47,995 nt of DNA from an uncultured bacterium (GCA_937864125.1 CALMHZ010000084.1:1-47995), one strand, 5' to 3'. Positions 16,272 through 26,668 are shown, counted from the stretch's first letter. The notes: generated by a model from the letters alone, not told the origin. Made by a program: numbers and translations.

Positions 16272-17864
16272 ATGGCAAGACTTCTCCACTCCCGGATTTT
16301 TTTCTGGTCCCTTCTTCTCCTGATCACTCTTTTGGCCTTCGCGATCAGAAGCTATCGCATCGACAGCATCCCGGCCGGTCTCTACCCCGATGAGGCCATG
16401 AACGGCATCGATGCCATTGAAGCGAACGAAAGCGGCCACTACAAACTTTTTTATCCAAACAACTTCGGCCGCGAGGGGCTCTTCATCAATCTCCAGGCGT
16501 TTTCCCTCCAAATGTTCGGAATCAACATCCCCGCGCTCAAACTCTGGAGCGGCATATTCGGCTCGCTTGCCGTGCTCGGCGTGGGACTCCTTTCGTGGGA
16601 ACTGTTTCGAAGCCGATCGGCCGCCCTTTTGAGCGCTTTTATCCTAGCCACTTCTTTTTGGGCCATCAATTTTTCCCGTATCGGATTTCGGGCAATCATG
16701 GTCCCATTCCTTCTGTCGTTCGCTTTCTACTTCTTTTTTCGCGGGCTGCGCAAAGGCACATTCCTGCCGTTCATCCTCTCCGGGGTATTCGTCGGGCTCG
16801 GGCTTCACACCTACATCGCTTTTCGCCTCGCGCCCTTCATATTCATCCTCCTTCTTCCCTTTCTCGTCCTTTCTTACGAGCACTTTTGGCGGAGATTCTG
16901 GAAACAAGCCCTCGTCTTTATCCTTTCTGCCGGACTCGCGGCCTCGCCCATGATTTTCCTCTTTGTCACCCATCCCGATATCCTTTCATCGCGCTCCGCA
17001 TCCATTTCCATTTTTTCTCCCGAAGTGAACGGTGGGAATCTCCCGAAGACGCTCGCTGAAACGATCGGTCTGTCGCTCATAAAATACAACTTCGTCGGGG
17101 ATCAGAACTGGCGTCACAACTATCCGCCCTATCCCGTACTCGACCCGCTCGTAGGCACCTTCTTCCTCGCGGGATTCATCTTCTCGCTCGGAATGCTTAT
17201 CCGATTATTGGGATCACGGCTCCGGACCAAGCGCCACGATGTCGAACTTCCGGTTCACGCGCTTCTTTTTTTGGGATTCTTCGTCATGCTCGCGCCCGAG
17301 TTCCTTACCAACGAAGGCCTCCCTCACGCACTCCGATCTATCGGCACCCAGCCCTTTGTTTTTCTTTTCGCGACGATCCCCCTCTTGTTCCTCTTGCGCC
17401 GATTCCGTCGCGCGAAAGGCGGGGAAAAGCTTGTTTTCGGAGCATTCCTGCTTCTTGTTCTCGGAGGGTCCGCTCTTTGGAATATCACCAAATATTTCGT
17501 CTTATTCGCGGAAAGACCCGAGCAACACGCCTCCTTCGAGGCCCGTACGACGAACATGGCCCGGTACCTCCTCACCCTTCCTCCGAATATCCACAAATAT
17601 GTACTTCCGGACTGGCAAGGGCGCGAAGGCGTCATCCCGCTTGGCGCGCAGCCGCTCGCCTTTCTTGTGCATGGGAAGCTCGAGAACTTCGCCTTCCTCA
17701 CCCCCGACATGGAGATAAGGCGACCGGCCGTCATCATACCCATGCAATACGACGAGCAGGTCCTCAAGGATTTCCAAAGCCGGATACCCGAAGCCTATCC
17801 CCTCACGATCGACATCCGCCCCGGGTATGGCACGAGTTTTACCGCTATTTATATCCCGGAATAA
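16272..17864 (+). CDS. GT39/ArnT-PMT-like polyprenyl-phosphate-sugar-dependent glycosyltransferase
   Basis: 530 aa, polytopic. N-terminal loop motif YRIDSIPAGLYPDEAMNG is the DE motif typical of GT-C enzymes. Confidence 0.75.
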   Translation: MARLLHSRIFFWSLLLLITLLAFAIRSYRIDSIPAGLYPDEAMNGIDAIEANESGHYKLFYPNNFGREGLFINLQAFSLQMFGINIPALKLWSGIFGSLAVLGVGLLSWELFRSRSAALLSAFILATSFWAINFSRIGFRAIMVPFLLSFAFYFFFRGLRKGTFLPFILSGVFVGLGLHTYIAFRLAPFIFILLLPFLVLSYEHFWRRFWKQALVFILSAGLAASPMIFLFVTHPDILSSRSASISIFSPEVNGGNLPKTLAETIGLSLIKYNFVGDQNWRHNYPPYPVLDPLVGTFFLAGFIFSLGMLIRLLGSRLRTKRHDVELPVHALLFLGFFVMLAPEFLTNEGLPHALRSIGTQPFVFLFATIPLLFLLRRFRRAKGGEKLVFGAFLLLVLGGSALWNITKYFVLFAERPEQHASFEARTTNMARYLLTLPPNIHKYVLPDWQGREGVIPLGAQPLAFLVHGKLENFAFLTPDMEIRRPAVIIPMQYDEQVLKDFQSRIPEAYPLTIDIRPGYGTSFTAIYIPE

Positions 17865-17882
17865 CACCCTTTAAAAACATAT

Positions 17883-19802
17883 ATGGAGAATCTCAAAAAA
17901 CACGCGAAACTCTTGGTGGGCATGATGCTCGGAAGCTTCTTTCTCCTTTCTCTGCTTCTTTCCTCGGAAGAATCCGCTACCTATGACGAGCGGGCCCATA
18001 TCCCTTCGGCCTATACCTATGTGGATCGCGGCGACATGCGGCTCAACCCGGAGCATCCGCCCCTCTTGAAAGACCTCGTCGGCCTGCCGCTTCTTTTGCT
18101 TGATGTGCGGTTTCCTTATGAGCATAAGGATTGGATAACGAGCGGCATCCATGGGCAGTGGTCGCTTGGCACGGCATTTCTCTATGAAAGCGGCAATGAT
18201 GCCGACAGCATCCTGTTCTGGTCACGGCTTCCTATCATCCTCGTAGCGCTCCTCCTCGGATGGTTTCTTTACCGATGGACCAAGGAGATGGCGGGAACCG
18301 TAGCCGGACTCTTCGCGCTTCTCTTGTATGTATCGGATCCGAATATCATCGCGCACAGTCACTATGTCACGACGGACATCGGAATCGCGGCGACCCTTTT
18401 CTTCTCCTTCTACTTCTTCATACGATTCCTCAAAAAGCCGAATGCTTGGAACATCCTCCTCGCCGGAGCATTTCTCGGGATAGCCGAGCTTACCAAGTTC
18501 TCGGCAGTACTCCTTTTTCCGATTTTCGGCCTGTTCACGCTTCTCTATGCGCTGACGATCGCGCGAGGAAGGCATGACAGTCGATATTCCGCTTTCGGGT
18601 TCAAGCTCACCTCCATCGCCCGCTACCTTTCCGGTTACGCGGGAGTCGTCCTCGTCGCTTTTGCGCTTATTTGGATCGTCTACTATCCGAATACCATACA
18701 TATGCCGGGCGAAAAGATCGTCGCCGTAGCCGATATCAAGCTCGGCCAGCCCAATCCGTATGCCCGGTTCGCTCATGAGTTGGTATCGCGCACGAGCGAG
18801 ACAGCCTTCCTCAAGCCGATCTCTACCTATCTTTTGGGAGTCGGCATGGTCTTCGAGCGGGTCGGGGGCGGGAATGACTACTATTTCCTCGGTACGGTCG
18901 GAAGCCAAGCGACCCCTTGGTACTTTCCCATCGTCTTCCTCCTCAAAGAAAGCATCCCTTTGCTCCTCATACTTATAGCTACGACCGGATATACCCTGGT
19001 TCGTATCGTGAAGCATATCAAGCGCGAGTACCGATCGCAGAAATCTTTTCGCAAGGTTTTCGCGCAATCGTTCCAACACAGAGTTACCCAATATCTCATG
19101 GCGTTCTTCATCCTGTTTTACTCCTACATCAGCATTACCGGAAATCTCAACATCGGGTTCCGGCATCTGTTTCCCATCCTCCCCTTTCTTTTCATCCTGA
19201 TGGCGAAAACCACCTTCGACTTCATCCGCAGGCAGAATTTTCATGGCGAGCGGCTCTCCCGCATCATGCTCGGCTTGCTTGCCCTATGGATGATAGCGAT
19301 CCCATTGCTCGCGTATCCGTCTTATCTTTCCTACTGGAATGAGATTGCCGGAGGATCGGAAAACGGCTACAAGATAGCTACCGACTCGAATTACGACTGG
19401 GGCCAAGACATGAAACGGCTCAAGAATTGGATCGAACAGTACAACGCCTGTGTCGAGGGCGACTGGATAGCCGCGAACAACGGTCGAGGCTGCGGCACTC
19501 TCCAAAAAATCGCGATATACCCTCCTATCGACAAGATCCGGGTCGATTATTTCGGTGGAGCGGAACCATCCTATTATCTCGGCGACAAGTACATGGGCTG
19601 GTATGATTCGCGCGCGCCCGAGGCGGGATGGTACGCCATATCCTCATTTTTCTATCAACAAAGCCTCTATAAGAAAAATCCCGAAGGAAGAGCCACATAC
19701 GCATGGCTATCTCACTATGAGCCGGTCGCCCGCGCCGGCGACTCCATCTTCATCTTCTATGTTCCGGAAAAAAATGTATCGACGGAAGAAACCATCGAAT
19801 AA
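17883..19802 (+). CDS. second GT39/GT-C family glycosyltransferase
   Basis: 639 aa, polytopic. First loop ATYDERAHIPSAYTYV...EHPPLLKDL. In tandem with the previous gene. Confidence 0.75.
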   Translation: MENLKKHAKLLVGMMLGSFFLLSLLLSSEESATYDERAHIPSAYTYVDRGDMRLNPEHPPLLKDLVGLPLLLLDVRFPYEHKDWITSGIHGQWSLGTAFLYESGNDADSILFWSRLPIILVALLLGWFLYRWTKEMAGTVAGLFALLLYVSDPNIIAHSHYVTTDIGIAATLFFSFYFFIRFLKKPNAWNILLAGAFLGIAELTKFSAVLLFPIFGLFTLLYALTIARGRHDSRYSAFGFKLTSIARYLSGYAGVVLVAFALIWIVYYPNTIHMPGEKIVAVADIKLGQPNPYARFAHELVSRTSETAFLKPISTYLLGVGMVFERVGGGNDYYFLGTVGSQATPWYFPIVFLLKESIPLLLILIATTGYTLVRIVKHIKREYRSQKSFRKVFAQSFQHRVTQYLMAFFILFYSYISITGNLNIGFRHLFPILPFLFILMAKTTFDFIRRQNFHGERLSRIMLGLLALWMIAIPLLAYPSYLSYWNEIAGGSENGYKIATDSNYDWGQDMKRLKNWIEQYNACVEGDWIAANNGRGCGTLQKIAIYPPIDKIRVDYFGGAEPSYYLGDKYMGWYDSRAPEAGWYAISSFFYQQSLYKKNPEGRATYAWLSHYEPVARAGDSIFIFYVPEKNVSTEETIE

Positions 19803-19850
19803 CGGCGTGCCTACCGGACCCATCACCGGCTCCATCCTCCAACACCAGGC

Positions 19851-20807
19851 TCATTCTCTCGGCTTCTCGGAAGACGACGCGTCTTTTTCTCCCTCTTTTT
19901 CCTGAAGATCATCACTCATGACATCCTCGGGAACAGGAAGCAAGGAATAAAAAACCCTGTTTTCCGTACGAAGATCGATATATCGAAGCTTTGCCCGTTC
20001 TTCCGGCGAAAGCTCTTGCGATAAAAATATCTTTAATGTGGCTACTATTTTTTCCGGCGCGATATTCGCGCTCGTTCGAATCTCCCACCCTTCTTCGGTC
20101 GTAAATCGTATATCCCGTGAAATACGGGTGGGAGTCAGCACCGGCGCCTCGCTAAGACGAATGTCCATGTCCTTTTCAAACAACGCAGTGAGCCTCAGCA
20201 CGAACGAAGGAATATCCGATGCCAAAGGGCAATCTCCTTCGGAAGTTTGCGCATTGCTCATGTCCGCGATGCGAAGCAAAAACGGATAATTCAAAGGATC
20301 TTCCGCGAATCGCGCGTTTTTGGTGCACCCCTTTTCGTCAAGAAACAGACAGCTCTCGGAAACGCACCAGAGCAATATCCGTTCTCGCTCCGACACATTT
20401 ACACGCAGCGTGTGAGAGAATTCTTTCTCCGCCGTCACCGACGAAAGCTTGGGAAGCCTTTCGAGAAGATAGTCCTCAAAACGCTCCTCGGAGAAAACAA
20501 AGTAATTGCTCTCGGAGAAAACATACCAGACCTTTTGCTTCAGAAAGTCTCGCCCCACCTCCTCGATTTTGGAAGTTAGAATATCGGAATTTCCGCTCAC
20601 GCGAAAAGTATCGATGGTGTGGAGAGAAGAAAAGAGCAGCGTATAGAAAGCTACCCCGAGAGCAAGCATCCACAGCAATGCGATTCCTACTGGAAAAGGC
20701 TCGGCTGCCGAATTCCCAGAAAATACCCGCTTTTTTTTCGCCCCTGAAAAAAACTGCTTTTTCGGAAGCCGCCTTCTTTCATAGGGTGAGCGAGAAAAAA
20801 AAGACAT
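19851..20807 (-). CDS. ftsQ: FtsQ-type (POTRA) cell-division protein
   Basis: Basic N-terminal tail, one TM helix, then a POTRA-like segment: IDTFRVSGNSDILTSKIEEV...LRVNVSERERILLW. Its start overlaps the holB stop (TGATG). Confidence 0.6.
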   Translation of the reverse strand: MSFFSRSPYERRRLPKKQFFSGAKKKRVFSGNSAAEPFPVGIALLWMLALGVAFYTLLFSSLHTIDTFRVSGNSDILTSKIEEVGRDFLKQKVWYVFSESNYFVFSEERFEDYLLERLPKLSSVTAEKEFSHTLRVNVSERERILLWCVSESCLFLDEKGCTKNARFAEDPLNYPFLLRIADMSNAQTSEGDCPLASDIPSFVLRLTALFEKDMDIRLSEAPVLTPTRISRDIRFTTEEGWEIRTSANIAPEKIVATLKIFLSQELSPEERAKLRYIDLRTENRVFYSLLPVPEDVMSDDLQEKEGEKDASSSEKPRE

Positions 20808-21697
20808 CAGAGTGAGAGAAAAATCTTATCGATGACCAATCTGGGATTGGCGTTTGTAGTCCGCAACTGTCTCGTCCCAGCGTCCAGAGTCTCGAAGAAT
20901 CCGAACAATGCGGCTATCGTCTTCCTATCTTTTTCATGCCGCCGCAACGAGCGCAGTCCGAGGATCCACCATTCGAACAATCGAATCGTGTCGCTCACGG
21001 ACTCGGAGAGCCTCTCGGAAAGCGCCATTCGCTCGGCAAGGGAAAGCGCGGACAATCGGAACAGCGAGCGAAGCGCCTCCCGTCTCTTGGAAAACTCACC
21101 CGCGTTCGAAAGCGCCTCTACGGCAAGGCCGGGACATCCGAGAGAGAGAAAGAACGGCTCCAGAGAATCGACTTGGGTTCTTGGAAACAGATCGAGCAGT
21201 CCCTGTCGCAACACTGATTCAGAAACAGGAGAAAGTACGAGATGAAACATGCGGGAGCGCACGGTATCACGCAAGGCCCCATATCGGGAAGCGGTAAGTA
21301 TGATGACCGAAGTGGCGTTCGGCTCTTCGAGAAACTTCAACAATGCGTTCTGAGCCGACTCCGAGAGCTCCTCCGCATCCTCGATAAGCACTGCTCTCCG
21401 CTTCGATTCAGTCGGATATCGCGAAAGAAAGATCCCCGCTTCCCGGATAGCCTCGACAGAAATGTTTCCGTGCTTTCCGGATTTTTTCTCTTCTCTCCCG
21501 ATACACAGGAAGTCCTGTCGCAAGGAAGGATCCATGCCGCCATATCCGAGGAGCAGCGACGCGAACTCCTTTCCGACCAGCGCCTTTCCTATCCCCTCCG
21601 GGCCGGACAATAAAAAGGCATGATGAGGCAACTCTGCGGCACTCGAAATATTTTTCAGTAGAGCTCTCGTATGCGCGTGACCGATAATATTCATCAT
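20807..21697 (-). CDS. holB: DNA polymerase III delta' subunit
   Basis: HHAFLLSGPEGIGK P-loop-like motif, plus AQNALLKFLEEP. Confidence 0.8.
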   Translation of the reverse strand: MMNIIGHAHTRALLKNISSAAELPHHAFLLSGPEGIGKALVGKEFASLLLGYGGMDPSLRQDFLCIGREEKKSGKHGNISVEAIREAGIFLSRYPTESKRRAVLIEDAEELSESAQNALLKFLEEPNATSVIILTASRYGALRDTVRSRMFHLVLSPVSESVLRQGLLDLFPRTQVDSLEPFFLSLGCPGLAVEALSNAGEFSKRREALRSLFRLSALSLAERMALSERLSESVSDTIRLFEWWILGLRSLRRHEKDRKTIAALFGFFETLDAGTRQLRTTNANPRLVIDKIFLSL

Positions 21698-21743
21698 AGG
21701 GGTGACATTACTGGGAAAAATCGGGGAAGAAAACTTCCTTTCC

Positions 21744-22907
21744 CTACGAAGATTGTTTCTGTCCGTGTTTTTTCATGGTTTCATCGATAAGACTTCGCCA
21801 CTCGGAGAGAAAAGCTGTTTTTGAAAACCTGCTCTTGACGATTTCGTGCCCGGAAGTATACCGCCCCCGGCCACGGTCGAGAAATCGTCGAATGGCATCC
21901 GCCAACACCTCGGAGGTTTCAGCAAAAAAGAACTCTCCGGTGACCCCGGGTTCCACTATCTCCAAGGCACCCCCTCGGCCAAGCGCGATAACCGGCGTGG
22001 AAGCAGCAAGCGACTCGGCCGCCACCATGCCGAAATCTTCCTCGGAAGGCATGATAAGCGCTTGAGCCTTTGTGTAAAGCGCGTGCAGCTCAGCATCGCT
22101 CACGTGGCCAAGAAAGGAAATGTTTTCTCCCGCCATCCTTTCAAGCCGCGCGTGGTCCTTCCCTTCCCCTACTATCCAAAGCGGAAGGCCGAGCTTGTTA
22201 AAGGCTTCGATGGCGACTGAAAGCCCCTTGCTCTCGGAGAGTCTTGCCACGATAAGGAAAAAGTCTACCGACTCTTTCCCCTGGAGAAGGGAGCCGTTCG
22301 GGGGAATGTCGGGGATATGCACCGGCGGATATATGACGCTGGACTCCCGCCGATAGTATTTTTGTATCCGGCTTCGCGTATGCTGTGAATTGGCGACCAA
22401 GACATCGGGGCGATCGGCAGCCTCCTTGTCCCACACGCGAAGAAAGGAAAGAAACAGGCGCACAAAGAACCTTTTTCCGAACCCTACCCGGACCATGTCG
22501 AGGTACCGCTCGTTCGCATCCCACAAAAATCGCATTGGCGAATGAAGATAGGCGATGTGGATGGTATGAAGCCTCGTAACGATTCCCTTTCCCCATGCCC
22601 CGGATGAAGATATGACGAGATCAAAATCCCGAAGGTCAAAAGTCTCTATCGCGACGGGGAAAAATGGAAGGAGCCACCGATAACGCCTCCGCAAAATTTT
22701 TGGAAACTTTCCAAGGAATGAGACGCGGATATCCCTTCCCGAAAATCGCTCGCCCATTGCTTCCTTGTCATAGAGCAATGTATACACGGGCGCCTCCGGA
22801 TACAAAAGCAGCAAGCTCTCGAGCACCCGCTCCGCTCCGCCATAAGATACGAGAAAGTCATGAACGAATGCGACTTTTTTCGCATCAGGATATCCTTCCA
22901 TACGCAA
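21744..22907 (-). CDS. glycosyltransferase family 4 (GT-B)
   Basis: C-terminal EX7E-type motif: PSEEDFGMVAAESLAASTPVIALGRGGALEIV. Confidence 0.8.
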   Translation of the reverse strand: MRMEGYPDAKKVAFVHDFLVSYGGAERVLESLLLLYPEAPVYTLLYDKEAMGERFSGRDIRVSFLGKFPKILRRRYRWLLPFFPVAIETFDLRDFDLVISSSGAWGKGIVTRLHTIHIAYLHSPMRFLWDANERYLDMVRVGFGKRFFVRLFLSFLRVWDKEAADRPDVLVANSQHTRSRIQKYYRRESSVIYPPVHIPDIPPNGSLLQGKESVDFFLIVARLSESKGLSVAIEAFNKLGLPLWIVGEGKDHARLERMAGENISFLGHVSDAELHALYTKAQALIMPSEEDFGMVAAESLAASTPVIALGRGGALEIVEPGVTGEFFFAETSEVLADAIRRFLDRGRGRYTSGHEIVKSRFSKTAFLSEWRSLIDETMKKHGQKQSS

Positions 22908-22930
22908 GCATTTACTACATACTGCTTATC

Positions 22931-24043
22931 TCATTTCCCCAACACCCTTGAAAGCGACTCGGCGCATCGCTCCCAGCTGAATCTGCGCGCATTTTCATGT
23001 CCTTTCGCTATTATATCATCCCTGAGAACTTTTTCCGAAATCAATCGCCAGGTCTTCTCCGCCATATCAGTGGGACGGAGCGGATCAACGAATAAGGCTC
23101 CCCCTCCCGCAATTTCAGGCAGCGAGCTCGTAAGAGAGGTTATGACCGGCACGCCGAGCGCTTGCGCCTCAAGCACAGGAAGCCCGAATCCTTCATAGAG
23201 CGTCGGGAAAAGAAAAATATCGGCATTTTTCATGAGATCTCCTTTTTCCTCCTCGTGTACATACCCTAATTCCTCGATCTCGCGTCCTCCTCCCCGCAAG
23301 GCCTCCTGTATTTTCCCATAGCCGAATCCCGGCTTCCCCGCAAGCTTGAGAGTATGAGGAATCCCGTGTTCCCGCTTGAGAATCTCAAACATTTTGATGA
23401 TGCGCACGATATTCTTCCGCTCCTCAAGCCTTCCTATGAAAAGAAGATACGGCTTCTTTGCCTCTCGGGTCCCCTCTCCCAAAAACGCGGAGTGAGGTGT
23501 GACTGGCAGAGGCTGATCGATGAGAGACGCGGATATTCCTTCGTAAATCACCTCTATCTTGTTCCCCCGAATGCCATAGAGCCGCATCAAGTCTCGCTTG
23601 GTGCTTTCCGATACCGCGACTATCCGGCTTGCCGCCTTGCAGGAGAATCTGATCGAATATCGCATGTATAACCGCGCCAAAAAAGAATAGCTGTCTTTGA
23701 ATATCTCATACTCAAGCCCATGGATCGTGACGACAGTCCGTTTCGGATGTATCAAAGGAACGATATGCGCAGGAACGAACAAGACATCCGGCGGGGAAAG
23801 GAGCATCTCGAGAGACAGCCTTACTTGCGTCCAAAACCGCAGGGCGCGAAGTTTTTTTATCCGCCAGTTTTTCGGAACCTCGAACGAGACCGATTGATCT
23901 CCTCGGATATACAAGGTGACTTCCTCGCTCCGAAGCTCCGATCGGAGCGAGGCGATAACCTGATAAGCGTACTCCTCGATGCCGGTCCTTCTCTTCAAAA
24001 AAGCGCGTGAGCCGTCAATACCGATATGCATAGCGAGTTTCAA
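22931..24043 (-). CDS. glycosyltransferase family 4 (GT-B)
   Basis: FPTLYEGFGLPVLEAQALGVPVITSLTSSLPEIAG. Confidence 0.8.
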   Translation of the reverse strand: MKLAMHIGIDGSRAFLKRRTGIEEYAYQVIASLRSELRSEEVTLYIRGDQSVSFEVPKNWRIKKLRALRFWTQVRLSLEMLLSPPDVLFVPAHIVPLIHPKRTVVTIHGLEYEIFKDSYSFLARLYMRYSIRFSCKAASRIVAVSESTKRDLMRLYGIRGNKIEVIYEGISASLIDQPLPVTPHSAFLGEGTREAKKPYLLFIGRLEERKNIVRIIKMFEILKREHGIPHTLKLAGKPGFGYGKIQEALRGGGREIEELGYVHEEEKGDLMKNADIFLFPTLYEGFGLPVLEAQALGVPVITSLTSSLPEIAGGGALFVDPLRPTDMAEKTWRLISEKVLRDDIIAKGHENARRFSWERCAESLSRVLGK

Positions 24044-24087
24044 TACTTCGGGAGCTTATGTTTCACCACGCTGGCCGCTTTCCCCTG

Positions 24088-25101
24088 TCATTTCCCCATC
24101 ATGATGCTTCTTTTGTACGCATCAAGGTTCTCAAGCACGATCCCCGCCCCCCGAACGACGCAGAACGCCGGGTCATCGGCCACATAGCAAGGCACGCCGA
24201 TAGTCTTCCCGATGAGCTGATCCAGGAACCGAAGCTGCGCCGTTCCTCCCGAAAGCACCATTCCTTTATCCATGATGTCCGCGGCGAGCTCAGGGGGAGT
24301 TTCCTGAAGGACCTGCTTTACTACATTTATGATTTCACGGAGCTCATCTTGTATCGCCTCGGTCACCTCATTCGAGGCGATGAGGACCGTTTTCGGCAAT
24401 CCTCCCATAAGATCTCTCCCCCGGATTTCCATATGGTCTTCCTTCACCTGCGCGATCGCCGCTCCGATGCCGATTTTTACATCCTCCGCCGTACGCTCGC
24501 CGATGGCAAGACTATATTTTCGTTTGATATAATCCGATATGGCAAGATCTATCCTGTTGCCCCCGACCCGAGCCGAGGCCGAAGCCACAACGCCACCGAG
24601 AGAAATAACGGCTATCTCGGATGTTCCCCCGCCTATATTGATAATCATATTCCCCTGTGCGGTATGGATAGGAATACCCGCCCCGATAGCCGCAAGTATC
24701 GGCTCCTTCACGACATACGCCGCGCGCGCGCCAGCCTTGAGAGCCGCATCGATGACCGCGCGCCGTTCGGTCGATGTCACGCCGGCCGGTATGGAGAGCA
24801 CGATTTCCGGACGAAAAAATCGGAATTTCCCGCTCACCTTTTGTATAAAATACCGAAGCATCGCTTCGGTGATCCGATAGTCGGCGATAGCCCCGTCGCG
24901 GAGCGGCTGCGAAGCCACGATGGTATCCGGCGTCCTTCCAAGCATTTCCTTGGCCTCGTTCCCGACGGCGATCACTTTGTTTTCAAGAATAGAAACCGCG
25001 ACGACGGAAGGTTCGTTGATAACCACTCCCTGACCGGGAACAAACACAAGCGTATTTGCTGTCCCGAGATCGATCCCAATTTTTTTGACGAAAAAACCCA
25101 T
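24088..25101 (-). CDS. mreB: rod-shape-determining protein MreB
   Basis: IGIDLGTANTLV, NIGGGTSEIAVISLGG, VLSGGTAQL. Confidence 0.9.
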   Translation of the reverse strand: MGFFVKKIGIDLGTANTLVFVPGQGVVINEPSVVAVSILENKVIAVGNEAKEMLGRTPDTIVASQPLRDGAIADYRITEAMLRYFIQKVSGKFRFFRPEIVLSIPAGVTSTERRAVIDAALKAGARAAYVVKEPILAAIGAGIPIHTAQGNMIINIGGGTSEIAVISLGGVVASASARVGGNRIDLAISDYIKRKYSLAIGERTAEDVKIGIGAAIAQVKEDHMEIRGRDLMGGLPKTVLIASNEVTEAIQDELREIINVVKQVLQETPPELAADIMDKGMVLSGGTAQLRFLDQLIGKTIGVPCYVADDPAFCVVRGAGIVLENLDAYKRSIMMGK

Positions 25102-25157
25102 AGGTATTCACAATGATGACGTCCGCTTCCTCTCCCGGCAACAATTTTCTTATTTTG

Positions 25158-26420
25158 CTATCGCGTTATCCTCCGTATATCAGCACCAAGTTTTCTGAGC
25201 CGTTCTTCTATTTTCTCATATCCGCGATCCACTTGATAAGCCTCATCGATAATAGTGGTTCCCTTCGCGCAAAGCGCCGCGATGATAAGCGCCGCTCCGG
25301 CCCGTAAGTCAAAGCTTCGTATCTCCGTGCCCCGAAGAGGCGTAGGGCCGATCACCATCACCTGATGCGGATTGAGAGGCAGCACTTTGGCGCCCATTTT
25401 TTCAAGTTCATAGGCATGATTGAACCGTCCCTCGTAGAGCGTGTCGAAGATGAATGTCTCTCCCTCCGCCTGTGTCGCAAGAACGGTAAGCGGAGCTTGG
25501 ATATCAGTGGGAATGCCCGGATACACCCGCGTGTCCACCTGGCGTACGGCGCGCAGGCGCTTGGCAGGTATGACCGTGATGGCATTTCGCGTAAGAGAAA
25601 AACCCACGCCAAATTCCCGCAACTTCTCCAATACGAGATCAAGATGCCCTTCTCGGGCATCTTTCACGGTGATAAGGCTTCCCGTGGCGGCTCCCAGTAT
25701 GAGAAAAGTCGCCGCTTCATTCGCGTCGGGGATCACGCGATGCGAAGTTCCCCGCAATCGTTTGGTGCCGGTAATTTCAATCGTGTGGGTCCCGAGTCCG
25801 TGAATTTTCGCTCCCATTCCTCTCAAAAAATTTCCCAAATCCTCCACATGCGGTTCGGCCGCGGCTATCTTTATTACCGTTTTCCCGGGCAATGACGCAG
25901 CCAGCATCATCGCGTTTTCAGTCCCCGTTACCGACATTTCACGCAAAACGAGAGAGTTCGCTTTCCGAGCGCTCGCATCAACCACATATCCTTTGTCTGT
26001 CTTCTCTACGGAAACACCCAGTTTCAAAAACGCGTCCACATGCGTATCCGTCGGACGCTTTCCGATGGTGCACCCTCCCGGTTGCGCAAGAAAAAAAGCA
26101 TCGAAGCGGGCGGCAAGCGGACCCAATAAAAGCAGGGACGATCGGAGCTTTTTCACAAGCACAGGGTCGATGCTCGACGGATCGATGTCGCGGGCAGTCA
26201 CCGCAACCGTCCGCTTGCCCTGCCAGGCGACAGTCGCGCCCAAGCTTTCAATTATTTCAAGCATGCGAAATACATCCTCTATAAGAGGGATATTGGATAT
26301 GACGCAGGTTTGCCTGGTAAGAAGGGTTGCCGCAAGTATGGGGGTAGCAGCGTTTTTTGAACCCCGAACCTCGATCGTTCCTTGAAGCTTCTTTCCTCCT
26401 TGTATCTCGAATGCATCCAT
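25158..26420 (-). CDS. murA: UDP-N-acetylglucosamine 1-carboxyvinyltransferase
   Basis: Full-length MurA pattern: GSKNAATPILAA, and PGGCTIGKRPTDTH with the active-site Cys retained. Confidence 0.9.
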   Translation of the reverse strand: MDAFEIQGGKKLQGTIEVRGSKNAATPILAATLLTRQTCVISNIPLIEDVFRMLEIIESLGATVAWQGKRTVAVTARDIDPSSIDPVLVKKLRSSLLLLGPLAARFDAFFLAQPGGCTIGKRPTDTHVDAFLKLGVSVEKTDKGYVVDASARKANSLVLREMSVTGTENAMMLAASLPGKTVIKIAAAEPHVEDLGNFLRGMGAKIHGLGTHTIEITGTKRLRGTSHRVIPDANEAATFLILGAATGSLITVKDAREGHLDLVLEKLREFGVGFSLTRNAITVIPAKRLRAVRQVDTRVYPGIPTDIQAPLTVLATQAEGETFIFDTLYEGRFNHAYELEKMGAKVLPLNPHQVMVIGPTPLRGTEIRSFDLRAGAALIIAALCAKGTTIIDEAYQVDRGYEKIEERLRKLGADIRRITR

Positions 26421-26429
26421 AATAAAGCC

Positions 26430-26458
26430 ATTCTATAGCATAAATGGCTTTCCATCAA
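26430..26458 (-). promoter_or_regulatory. promoter for murA, near-leaderless
   Basis: Minus strand: TTGATG (26458-26453), 17-nt spacer, TAGAAT (26435-26430). The ATG at 26420 lies only 9 nt after the -10, with no SD. Confidence 0.4.
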
Positions 26459-26471
26459 GGCTTCGATACGA

Positions 26472-26503
26472 GCAACAAAATACCCCGAAAAAGAGTTTCG
26501 GGG
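26472..26503 (-). terminator. intrinsic terminator ending the CAP-gene transcript
   Basis: Minus strand: CCCCGAAA-CTCTT-TTTCGGGG followed by TATTTTGTT. Confidence 0.6.
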
Positions 26504-26668
26504 CAATGGGTTTCGTGCTCGCCGCTATGGAGCAGGCGAAAGAAATGAGAATTCATTTCTCTTGTTTTTGTTTGTATGTTTGTTTTTGTTGTAAATGTGC
26601 GCCGCCTTTTCAAGCGGAGAGAAAAATCGGATGTTTCCGTGGTTTTTCTCCACTAAAAAATTCTCCTC

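Noticed and set aside
26561-26593. T/G-rich low-complexity tract (TTGTTTTTGTTTGTATGTTTGTTTTTGTTG) in the ~250-nt CAP-murA spacer.
   Set aside because: It lies in the 3' UTR upstream of a normal terminator. There is no ORF and no conserved motif I can recognise, so it is noted only as a possible sRNA or 3'-UTR element needing transcript data.
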